A DNA stretch of 64,000 bases from Bacteroidales bacterium (GTDB lineage: Bacteria > Bacteroidota > Bacteroidia > Bacteroidales > F082): contig JAZQZR010000015.1 of NCBI GenBank assembly GCA_045634185.1, forward strand, positions 5,940 through 69,939, in the 5' to 3' direction. Within the stretch, counting starts at the first letter, position 1. Each line of letters begins with the position of its first letter. The notes below the pieces were generated by a model, which was not told where the DNA came from, ran no database searches, and saw nothing but the letters and a program-made list of their open reading frames with translations. A program made the position numbers and the translations under genes. This document shows, piece after piece, positions 27,730-35,691 of the stretch.

Positions 27730-28179
27730 ATGGAACGTGATGTTGCTTTGAAGAAGATTCTGCATTACTGCGACTATCAGGACAGATGCAGGAAAGAGAT
27801 TTTTACTAAACTGAATTCTTTCGAACTTGAAGTTGATGACAGAGATTTCATCATTGATTTTCTTAACGATGAAGGCTACATCAACGACGAACGATATTGT
27901 CGTTCTTATGTGAAAAGCAAACTGAATCTGAAAAAATGGGGCGTCAATAAGATAAAGCTTTCCTTGATGACTAAAGGTGTCGACAAAGAAATCATTGATG
28001 ATGTTCTCTCGGAAATTGACAGAGATTCTTATAAGGAAGAACTTGTCAATCTTTTGAAAAATAAAAAGATAAACGAAGATGACCCTTACAAGCGCAAGGC
28101 TAAGCTGATACGATATGCCGTCTCGAAAGGATATTCGATAAGCGAAGTTATGGAAATAGTTAATGGCAATAAGTTTTGA
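27730..28179 (+). CDS. recX: RecX-family regulatory protein
   Basis: 149 aa with three-fold helical repeats and the YCDYQDRC and DERY signatures. Confidence 0.8.
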   Translation: MERDVALKKILHYCDYQDRCRKEIFTKLNSFELEVDDRDFIIDFLNDEGYINDERYCRSYVKSKLNLKKWGVNKIKLSLMTKGVDKEIIDDVLSEIDRDSYKEELVNLLKNKKINEDDPYKRKAKLIRYAVSKGYSISEVMEIVNGNKF

Positions 28180-28289
28180 GCAACGAACTCATTTCTCAAG
28201 GCTCGTAACTTGAGACGTAAAAAAACTTGTGTTTTTAAATAATAATCTCTAAATTCGCAACTGAATTTTCACATTAAAACTATATTGTT

Positions 28290-29582
28290 ATGTTAAACAA
28301 ACTATTCGGATTTGATCCACAGAAACACAATGTCCGTACGGAGATAGTCGCGGGCATCACCACTTTCCTCACTATGTCGTATATTCTTGCAGTCAACCCT
28401 GGTATGTTTGGTATTCTTGAAGGAATGCCTGCCGGTGCTGTCTTCACGACAACTGCTCTTGCCGCCATCATCGGTACTCTCGCAATGGCGTTTTTTGCCA
28501 AGTTGCCTTTCGGTCTTGCTCCTGGTATGGGACTTAATGCGTTCTTCGTCTTCTCTGTTTGTCTCGGTATGGGATATTCGTGGCAGTTCGCTTTGACCGC
28601 TGTATTTATCGAAGGTATTTTGTTTATTCTCATGACTATAACCAATATCCGAGAAGCTATTGTCAACGCTATTCCTAAGAATCTGCGTTATGCTATAGGC
28701 GGCGGTATTGGTCTTTTCATCGCGTTCATCGGTATGCAGAACGCTGGTATTATCGTTAATGATGACGCCACTTTGGTTGCGCTCGGAGATATTACTTCAG
28801 GCTCTGCTCTTCTCGCAGTTATTGGTTTGGTTATCACAGGCGTTTTGTTTGCTTTGAATGTTAAAGGAGCTATGTTGATTGGCATCCTCGCAACAACATT
28901 GATAGGCATTCCAATGGGCATCACCGAATTTAAAGGTGTCGTCTCAATGCCTGAATCCATTGAACCTATCTTCTGCAAATTTGAATGGGATAAAATATTC
29001 ACACTCGATATGCTGGTCGTAGTATTTACATTCTTGTTTATCGATATGTTTGACACAGTAGGAACTCTCATCGGTGTTAGCACAAAAGCCAAGATGGTTG
29101 ACGAAAAAGGCAATATTCCACATTTGAAACAAGCTTTTATGGCAGACGCTATCGCTACTACTGCTGGCGCTGTACTTGGCACATCAACGACGACAACATA
29201 CGTTGAGAGTGCTTCAGGTGTTGCACAAGGCGGCCGTACAGGTCTCACAGCATTTACTATTGCAGTATGTTTTGCAGTGGCATTGTTCTTCTCTCCATTG
29301 TTCCTTTCAGTGCCAGGCGCAGCAACAGCACCGGTTCTTATCCTTGTCGGTATGCTCATGATGGAACCTGTAAGAAATATCGATTTTGATGACGCAACAG
29401 AAGCGATACCAAGTTTCATCTGTTTGGTTATGATGCCTCTCGCGTATTCAATCTCTGCAGGTATCCTCCTCGGTATGATTGCTTATGTCGTTATCAATGT
29501 ATGCTGCGGCAAATTCAAGAAGATAACACCTACAATGTACATACTTGCGATATTGTTTATTTTGAAATACATCTTTATATAG
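28290..29582 (+). CDS. NCS2/AzgA-family purine (adenine/guanine/hypoxanthine) permease
   Basis: 430 aa, polytopic, with EIVAGITTFLTMSYILAVNP typical of the AzgA family. Confidence 0.9.
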   Translation: MLNKLFGFDPQKHNVRTEIVAGITTFLTMSYILAVNPGMFGILEGMPAGAVFTTTALAAIIGTLAMAFFAKLPFGLAPGMGLNAFFVFSVCLGMGYSWQFALTAVFIEGILFILMTITNIREAIVNAIPKNLRYAIGGGIGLFIAFIGMQNAGIIVNDDATLVALGDITSGSALLAVIGLVITGVLFALNVKGAMLIGILATTLIGIPMGITEFKGVVSMPESIEPIFCKFEWDKIFTLDMLVVVFTFLFIDMFDTVGTLIGVSTKAKMVDEKGNIPHLKQAFMADAIATTAGAVLGTSTTTTYVESASGVAQGGRTGLTAFTIAVCFAVALFFSPLFLSVPGAATAPVLILVGMLMMEPVRNIDFDDATEAIPSFICLVMMPLAYSISAGILLGMIAYVVINVCCGKFKKITPTMYILAILFILKYIFI

Positions 29583-29616
29583 ACTAAAGGCGAATGACTA
29601 AGGTCTAAAGGATTAA

Positions 29617-29667
29617 GTCGTATCAACATTATTATGTTTTAAAAAGTATTGTTGGTACGGCTTTTTT
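29617..29667 (+). terminator. long hairpin plus T-run after the permease gene
   Basis: 12-bp stem GTCGTATCAACA/TGTTGGTACGGC (two G-U pairs) followed by TTTTTT. Confidence 0.6.
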
Positions 29668-29785
29668 GTTGTTAGTTGAAAAGTTTTAACTAAGGGATGT
29701 TGAATCATAGTTCAAAAGCCAATAGCCAAAGTTTTTGGTTAAAAAAAACTTTTGCCATTTGCCTTTAGCCTTTAGCCAATTTTCT

Positions 29786-29793
29786 TATCTTTG
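29786..29793 (+). promoter_or_regulatory. -7 box TATCTTTG for prfB
   Basis: Perfect TAnnTTTG 27 nt upstream of the ATG at 29820. Confidence 0.65.
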
Positions 29794-29819
29794 CAAATCA
29801 CAAATTTAATTTCAATATA

Positions 29820-30933
29820 ATGATAACAATAGAAAACTGTAAAGAGTTAAGTAAGAGGATTGAATCCTTGAGGAGGTATCTTTGACATCGACGGTAAGTT
29901 GATGCAGATTAAAGAATTAGACGAACAGACCAATGCCGACGGTTTCTGGGATGACCCTAAGAATGGCAAGATTATCATGCGCAAGATGCGTGACGTGAAG
30001 AGTTGGGTTACTGCCTACGATGACATCGTAAAAGCTAACGAAGACCTTGGCGTGTTGTTCGATTTCGCTAAAGAAGGCGAAGCAGAAGAAGAGGAAGTCG
30101 ATAAACAATATGAAGAGACAGTACGTCTCGTAGAAGAACTCGAGTTCAGAAATATGCTTCATGAAGAAGCTGACCAGATGAGCTGCGTCTTGAAGATTAA
30201 CTCAGGCGCCGGCGGTACAGAGTCACAAGACTGGGCACAGATGCTCATGCGTATGTATCTCCGTTATGCAGAGTCTCATGGTTATAAGGTAAGAATAAGC
30301 AACTTGCTCGAAGGCGATGAAGCTGGTATCAAGACAGTGACAATGGAAATCGATGGCGATTACGCTTACGGTTATCTCAAAGGCGAAAACGGCGTTCACC
30401 GTCTCGTCCGCGTCTCTCCTTACAACGCACAAGGCAAACGTATGACTTCATTCAGCTCTGTATTCGTCACACCTCTCGTCGACGATTCTATCGAAGTCGT
30501 TATCGACCCTTCAAAAATCTCTTGGGATACATTCCGTAGCGGCGGCGCAGGCGGACAAAACGTTAACAAAGTCGAGTCTGGCGTTCGTCTCCGTTATCAA
30601 TATAAAGACCCTTACACAGGCGAAGAAGAAGAAATCCTCATCGAAAATACAGAGAGCCGCGACCAGCCTAAGAACAGAGAGAATGCTCTCCGTCTCTTGA
30701 AATCTCAACTCTACGATAAAGAACTTCAACATCGTATGGAAGAGAAAAACAAAATCGAGGCCGGCAAGAAAAAAATCGAATGGGGCTCTCAAATCAGAAG
30801 CTACGTCTTCGATGACCGCCGCGTGAAAGACCACAGAACAAACTTCCAGTCAAGTAACGTACAAGGCGTTATGGACGGCAAGATAGACGAATTCATCAAA
30901 GCATATCTGATGGAGTTCGGACAACAAAGTTAA
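29820..30933 (+). CDS. prfB: peptide chain release factor 2, with a programmed +1 frameshift (join 29820..29882, 29884..30933)
   Basis: Frame 0 gives MITIENCKELSKRIESLRRYL and then TGA. The site AGGAGG TAT CTT TGA C is the canonical RF2 recoding signal. The +1 frame continues DIDGKLMQIKEL... and contains the SPF (SPY here) and GGQ motifs. Confidence 0.9.
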
Positions 30934-31060
30934 TTAAAGTTTAGAGTGTAAAGTTTAGAGTGTAGAGTAGTTGAAAGTTTATATAAATTCAAAGACTCTA
31001 CACTTTATTCTATAAACTCTACACCCTACACCCTACACTCTACACCATAAACACTACACT
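30934..31060. repeat. stutter palindrome, TAGAGTGTA / TACACTCTA word family
   Basis: The left arm is repeated AGTTTAGAGTGTA and the right arm is repeated CTCTACAC/CCTACAC. The arms are imperfect reverse complements of each other. Confidence 0.85.
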
Positions 31061-31063
31061 AAA

Positions 31064-32476
31064 ATGATAACATTCTCAATAGCCTTAATAATCCTCGTCT
31101 TAGGATATTTCATCTACGGAAGATATATCAGCCGTATGTTCGGCGTTGACGAGAAACGTGCTACTCCGGCAGTGACAAAAAACGACGGCGTCGATTATAT
31201 CGAGATGCCTACATGGAAAATCTTCATGATACAATTCCTTAACATCGCTGGACTTGGTCCAATCTTCGGAGCTATCATGGGAGCGAAGTTCGGAACGTCG
31301 TCATATCTCTGGATTGTGCTGGGAACTATATTCGCCGGCGCCGTCCACGATTACCTCTCTGGAATGGTGTCGCTGCGTAACGACGGCGCCAGTCTCCCTC
31401 AGATAGTTGGTAAATATCTAGGAAAGAAGACAGAAAGAGTGATGATAATATTCACCTTGTTATTGATGGTGCTTGTCGTAGCTGTCTTTGTATTGCAGCC
31501 GGCGCAGCTCATTGCGGGAATGACACCTACTAATCTCAACGTATATTTCTGGGTGATTGTGATATTCGCTTATTATCTCATCGCTACCATTTTGCCAATA
31601 GACAAAGTCATCGGAAATGTATATCCTCTCTTCGGCGGAGCCTTGATGTTTATGGCGATAGGAATACTCGTCGTTCTTTTTATCAAACAACCGGAACTCC
31701 CAGAGATGTGGAACAGCTTCGGAACGAAATATGAATCGGGACCGATATTCCCTATGATGTTCATATCCATCGCCTGCGGCGCTATCAGCGGATTCCATGC
31801 CACACAGTCGCCTCTCATGGCTCGCTGCCTCAAGAATGAGAGACACGGACGTCCTGTCTTCTACGGCGCTATGGTGGTAGAAGGCATAGTCGCTTTGATA
31901 TGGGCTGCTGCTGCAACGACATTTTTCCAGGAACATGGTAGCAACTTCACCGCAGCGCAGGTGGTTGACTTCTTGTGTAAAGACTGGCTCGGCGCACTCG
32001 GCGGAATACTAGCCATCTTAGGTGTCATCGCTGCTCCTATCACTTCGGGCGATACCGCGATGCGTTCTGCACGTCTCATACTTGCCGATATGCTGCACAT
32101 GGAACAGAAGAGCATCTCTAAACGCTTGTTGCTCTGCGCTCCTTTGTTTGTGGTATCCCTCGGATTGCTTGTCTTCAGCATCGTCAACGCTAACGGATTC
32201 ACAATAATATGGCGTTATTTCTCATGGTGCAACCAGACACTCTCGGTGTTCACTCTATGGGCATTGACGGTATATCTCGTCCTTGAAAAGAAAAATTATT
32301 TCGTGACATTATTGCCGGCACTCTTTATGACTTGTGTCGTCACGACATATATCTGCATCGCGCCAGAAGGATTCCAAATCAATCCTACAATCTCTTATGT
32401 GTTTGGCGGCGTTGTGACATTGGCAGCGATGTTTCTTTTCGCAAGATGGGAAAAAAGCTTAAAGCTTAAAGTTTAG
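31064..32476 (+). CDS. cstA: carbon starvation protein CstA family transporter
   Basis: 470 aa, polytopic, with the HDY and GFH motifs of the CstA family. Confidence 0.85.
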   Translation: MITFSIALIILVLGYFIYGRYISRMFGVDEKRATPAVTKNDGVDYIEMPTWKIFMIQFLNIAGLGPIFGAIMGAKFGTSSYLWIVLGTIFAGAVHDYLSGMVSLRNDGASLPQIVGKYLGKKTERVMIIFTLLLMVLVVAVFVLQPAQLIAGMTPTNLNVYFWVIVIFAYYLIATILPIDKVIGNVYPLFGGALMFMAIGILVVLFIKQPELPEMWNSFGTKYESGPIFPMMFISIACGAISGFHATQSPLMARCLKNERHGRPVFYGAMVVEGIVALIWAAAATTFFQEHGSNFTAAQVVDFLCKDWLGALGGILAILGVIAAPITSGDTAMRSARLILADMLHMEQKSISKRLLLCAPLFVVSLGLLVFSIVNANGFTIIWRYFSWCNQTLSVFTLWALTVYLVLEKKNYFVTLLPALFMTCVVTTYICIAPEGFQINPTISYVFGGVVTLAAMFLFARWEKSLKLKV

Positions 32477-32514
32477 AGTTCAGAGTTCAAGGTTCAGAGT
32501 TCAAAGTTCAAAAA
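32477..32514. repeat. CAGAGTTCA stutter
   Basis: AGTTCAGAGTTCAAGGTTCAGAGTTCAAAGTTCAAAAA starts directly after the cstA stop codon. Confidence 0.9.
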
Positions 32515-32523
32515 TTATGCATT

Positions 32524-34338
32524 ATGAATTATGAATTATGCATTAACGACAATGTTAAGGATTTTATAAAAAAACATCTGAAAGACGATGTCAACAAATT
32601 GGCGTTGTCGAAGTTCCCGGAAGGCATCGACAGGGAATTTGTCATCCGACAGATTCATGCGCGTCAGGTGTTGGACAAGAAGTTGCCATCATGGGCGGGA
32701 AACGATGAACTCATTTTCCCTAAAAAACTGTCGTTGGAACAATGTTCGTCCGAACTCACCGCAAAATATAAAACGACTCTGTTATCCACGAAAGCACACG
32801 AAACCACACGAAAAGAATTTAGTGCCAATTCGTGCGATTTAGTGGATGAAGAAAAATCCACGAATCTTCACGAATCTTCACGAAAAGAATTTAGTGCCAA
32901 TTCGTGCGATTTAGTGGATGAAAAAATATCCACGAAAGCACACGAAACCACACGAAAAGAATTTAGTGGCAATTCGTGCGATTTAGTGGATGAAGAAAAA
33001 TCCACGAAACCACACGAAACTTCACGAAAAGGATTTAGTGCAGATTCGTGCAATTTAGTGGATGAAGATTTAGTGGAAGAAAAGTTATCCACGAATCTTC
33101 ACGAATCTTCACGAAAAGAATTTAGTGCCAATTCGTGCAATTTAGTGGATGAAAAGTTGTCTACGAAATCACACGAAATCACACGAAAAGAATTTAGTGC
33201 CAATTCGTGCAATTTAGCGGATGAAAAAATATCCACGAAACCCCACGAAACTTCACGAAAAGAATTTAGTGCCGATTCGTGCAATTTAGTGGATGAACAT
33301 TTAGTGGATGAAAAGAGAATATTAGTGGACCTCACTGGCGGCATGGGTGTCGACACGGCTTTTCTATCTGATGATTTTGATAAGGCATATTACGTGGAGA
33401 TGCAGGAGGAACTATGCGAGATAGCAAAGCATAATTTTAAGATTCTCAATAAAAATATTGAAGTCGTCAACGATAACGCTGAGCATTTCCTAACAATATG
33501 CGACAAAGCAGATTGCATCTATCTCGACCCCGCTCGTCGCGACGAATACGGTCGTAAGATGGTCTCGCTTCATGATTGCTCGCCTGATACTGCTGAACTA
33601 CAAGACATCTTATTAGAGAAGGCGAAGACTGTCATAGTGAAACTTTCTCCTATGCTCGATATTGATATTGTCAAGAAAGAGTTAAAGAATATTAAGGAAA
33701 TACATGTCGTCGCTGTTAGAAATGAATGTAAAGAACTTGTTGTGGTTCTTGGTCAACAGACAACAGACAACGGACAACAGACTTCTTTCACGGCTCACGG
33801 ACCGAAGTTCATGGCAATAGATTTACGTGAGGGATGGAATTTCTCTTTCACTGAAGACGAAGAACAAAATGCTGAATGGACATTGGCTGATACTGTCGGG
33901 AAATATCTCTATGAACCTGGCGTGGCTTGCATGAAAGCCGGATGCTTCAAGCTTTTGTCGCAAAAATATAATCTGGATAAACTGCATAGAAACAGTCATT
34001 TATATACTTCTGACGAATTGATGCACGATTTTCCAGGAAGAATATTTGAAGTTATAAATGCTGTTCCTTTTGATAAGAAAACGAAGAAAAACATTTGGAC
34101 TTTAAGTTTTGAAGACGCAAAGATACCAAGACACCAAAACGCAAAGAATGACTCTGCGACTCTGAGTCTCTGCGACTCTGCGACCTTAAAAAAAGCAAGC
34201 GTAGCGACTCGTAATTTCCCTCTCTCGGCAGAAGAACTGAAAAAGAACCTGGGATTACAAGACGGCAACAATTTCTATATCTTCGGCACCACGATGAAAG
34301 GCGAGAAGAAGATAGTTGTCCTGACGAAGAAAATATGA
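32524..34338 (+). CDS. class I SAM-dependent methyltransferase with a THUMP-like C-terminal domain, interrupted by repeat insertions
   Basis: 604 aa. Motif I DLTGGMGVD, then YLDPARR, and a C-terminal LYEPGVACMKAGCFK...NSHLYTSD...FPGR region. Residues ~88-265 are tandem repeats. Confidence 0.85.
   Translation: MNYELCINDNVKDFIKKHLKDDVNKLALSKFPEGIDREFVIRQIHARQVLDKKLPSWAGNDELIFPKKLSLEQCSSELTAKYKTTLLSTKAHETTRKEFSANSCDLVDEEKSTNLHESSRKEFSANSCDLVDEKISTKAHETTRKEFSGNSCDLVDEEKSTKPHETSRKGFSADSCNLVDEDLVEEKLSTNLHESSRKEFSANSCNLVDEKLSTKSHEITRKEFSANSCNLADEKISTKPHETSRKEFSADSCNLVDEHLVDEKRILVDLTGGMGVDTAFLSDDFDKAYYVEMQEELCEIAKHNFKILNKNIEVVNDNAEHFLTICDKADCIYLDPARRDEYGRKMVSLHDCSPDTAELQDILLEKAKTVIVKLSPMLDIDIVKKELKNIKEIHVVAVRNECKELVVVLGQQTTDNGQQTSFTAHGPKFMAIDLREGWNFSFTEDEEQNAEWTLADTVGKYLYEPGVACMKAGCFKLLSQKYNLDKLHRNSHLYTSDELMHDFPGRIFEVINAVPFDKKTKKNIWTLSFEDAKIPRHQNAKNDSATLSLCDSATLKKASVATRNFPLSAEELKKNLGLQDGNNFYIFGTTMKGEKKIVVLTKKI
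32785..33318 (+). repeat. Seven tandem units (5 x 72 nt, 2 x 87 nt) inside the methyltransferase CDS
   Basis: Unit starts are 32785, 32857, 32929, 33001, 33088, 33160 and 33232. Consensus: TCCACGAAAnCACACGAAAnCACACGAAAAGAATTTAGTGCCAATTCGTGCnATTTAGTGGATGAA. Confidence 0.95.
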
Positions 34339-34491
34339 ACTTTGAACTCAGACACTGATGGCTGATAGCTGACAGCTTTCAGCTAATCCGGGCGTTCCGG
34401 CGAAGCCGTCGGGCTTTCCGCTATATCTTTGCTCGCTCCGCTTACGCCTCCGCTCGCAAAGGATGCCGCTTCAATCCCTAACGCGGTGGGG
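34337..34491 (+). repeat. Left composite arm: TGAACTC and GACAGCT stutters plus GC-rich element copy B (34390-34491)
   Basis: It aligns by eye, as a reverse complement, with 35467-35602. Confidence 0.9.
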
Positions 34492-34561
34492 TGATACTAA
34501 AAAAATAGATTTTTTTATTCTGAATTTTTGAATTTCTGAGTTTTTGAGTTTCAAAAAAATA

Positions 34562-34569
34562 TATCTTTG
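34562..34569 (+). promoter_or_regulatory. -7 box TATCTTTG for the T9SS cargo gene
   Basis: Perfect TAnnTTTG 35 nt upstream of the ATG at 34604. Confidence 0.6.
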
Positions 34570-34603
34570 TCATGTTTCAATTTATTAACTAAAATTATAC
34601 AAT

Positions 34604-35395
34604 ATGAAAACAAGATTACTATTGGCATTTTGCCTTTTCGCTTTATTCACAACTGTTAAAGCTCAAGAAATTACATTCAAATATGACTTCAACGACAACT
34701 CTTTCAACGGATGGGTCGGTTACGATGCAGACGGCGACGGACATCAATGGGAGCTGCACAACTCGACAGTATCAGGCGGCATGGATGGCACTTACGGCGT
34801 TTATTCTTCATGTTACAACGCCGGAGAATTGACACCGGAAAATTATCTATATACAGCAGATACATATCTGATTACCGAGACGTCAAAATTGCATTTCTAT
34901 CATTGTCAGTCCGACTTGGTATATTTCGCTGAGAAATTCGGTGTGATAGTGTCAGAAGATGGAATCAACTTCTTGATAGTATGGCATACTACATACACCG
35001 AACCACATGCTGACGGCAAATGGGGAGAAGAATTCATCGACCTCAGCGAATTCGCAGGTAAGAATATGTATATCGGATTCCTTCACTACGACTGCAGCGG
35101 AGCTACAGCTAACGGCATCAGAATCGACAATGTCGAGTTGATGTCTGATGGCGTTTCAATAGCAGAGAACAACATTTCTTTTGAAGTGTATCCAAACCCA
35201 GTGGAAAACAGCCTTCTCATCACCAGCGATGTTGAAGTAGAAAATGTAAGCATCATAGCGATGAATGGCGCTGTCATCTACGAAGGAGCATACAACAAGA
35301 ACGGAATAGACGTTTCTGAATTAAATGCTGGAGTTTACTTCGTTAATGTTAAAAAAGGAAACGAAACAATAGTTAGACGTTTCGTTAAGAAATAA
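34604..35395 (+). CDS. T9SS-sorted secreted protein with an N-terminal choice-of-anchor-J/MAM-like domain
   Basis: 263 aa with a signal peptide. C-terminal YPNPVENSLLI...GVYFVNV sorting domain. Confidence 0.8.
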   Translation: MKTRLLLAFCLFALFTTVKAQEITFKYDFNDNSFNGWVGYDADGDGHQWELHNSTVSGGMDGTYGVYSSCYNAGELTPENYLYTADTYLITETSKLHFYHCQSDLVYFAEKFGVIVSEDGINFLIVWHTTYTEPHADGKWGEEFIDLSEFAGKNMYIGFLHYDCSGATANGIRIDNVELMSDGVSIAENNISFEVYPNPVENSLLITSDVEVENVSIIAMNGAVIYEGAYNKNGIDVSELNAGVYFVNVKKGNETIVRRFVKK

Positions 35396-35417
35396 ACATC
35401 TTATTACAAGAGACACC

Positions 35418-35450
35418 AAGACGCGGGGATTACACTCTGCGTCTTTTTTT
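35418..35450 (+). terminator. intrinsic terminator
   Basis: Stem AAGACGC/GCGTCTT followed by T8. Confidence 0.7.
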
Positions 35451-35466
35451 TATTTGCGGGGAGGAT

Positions 35467-35622
35467 GCGTTAGGGATTGGAGCGGCATCCTTTTGAAGCG
35501 GAGCGGAAAAAGATATAGCGGAAAGCCCGACGGCAGAGCCGGAACGCCCAAATTAGCTGTCAGCTGTCAGCTGTCAGCCATCAGTGTCAGAGTTCATAGT
35601 TCAGAATTCAGAGTTCAAAAAA
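35467..35622 (-). repeat. Right composite arm: GC-rich element copy C (35467-35549, inverted) plus AGCTGTC and CAGAGTTCA stutters
   Basis: Its reverse complement matches the left arm block for block. Confidence 0.9.
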
Positions 35623-35660
35623 TAATTCCTCATTCCTAACTCCAAATTCCTAATTTTTCA

Positions 35661-35668
35661 TATATTTG
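35661..35668 (+). promoter_or_regulatory. -7 box TATATTTG for hisS
   Basis: Perfect TAnnTTTG 24 nt upstream of the ATG at 35692. Confidence 0.65.
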
Positions 35669-35691
35669 TACGTTTTAATAAAATTTAACAA

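Noticed and set aside
28180-28289. A possible purine riboswitch upstream of the purine permease
   Set aside because: I could not find the conserved purine-riboswitch three-way junction or its loop motifs by eye. The region contains only a short TCTCAAG/CTTGAGA hairpin. A cmsearch with RF00167 would settle it.
28280-29419. Long minus-strand ORFs (128 aa and 243 aa) inside the purine permease gene
   Set aside because: The plus-strand product is an unmistakable NCS2/AzgA permease. The antisense ORFs are compositional artefacts with no recognisable motifs.
32785-33318. Whether the regular ~72-nt tandem array could be a CRISPR array
   Set aside because: There are no unique spacers, because whole units repeat head to tail. 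The units are multiples of 3 nt and lie in one long open frame flanked by clearly homologous methyltransferase sequence. No cas genes or leader are present.
32664-33356. Antisense ORFs 32664..32861, 32868..33092 and 33099..33356 opposite the methyltransferase repeats
   Set aside because: Low-complexity palindromic repeats stay open on both strands. The sense frame is anchored by conserved methyltransferase domains on both sides.
35454-35639. A 61-aa ORF (MRGGCVRDWSGILLKRSGKRYSGKPDG...), together with the related ORFs 63393..63584 (-) and 23508..23816 (-)
   Set aside because: They are read-throughs of the GC-rich interspersed element and the adjoining stutter words. The shared peptide (SGKRYSGKPDG) only reflects the DNA repeat. 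The three differ in length and frame context, and none has a promoter box.
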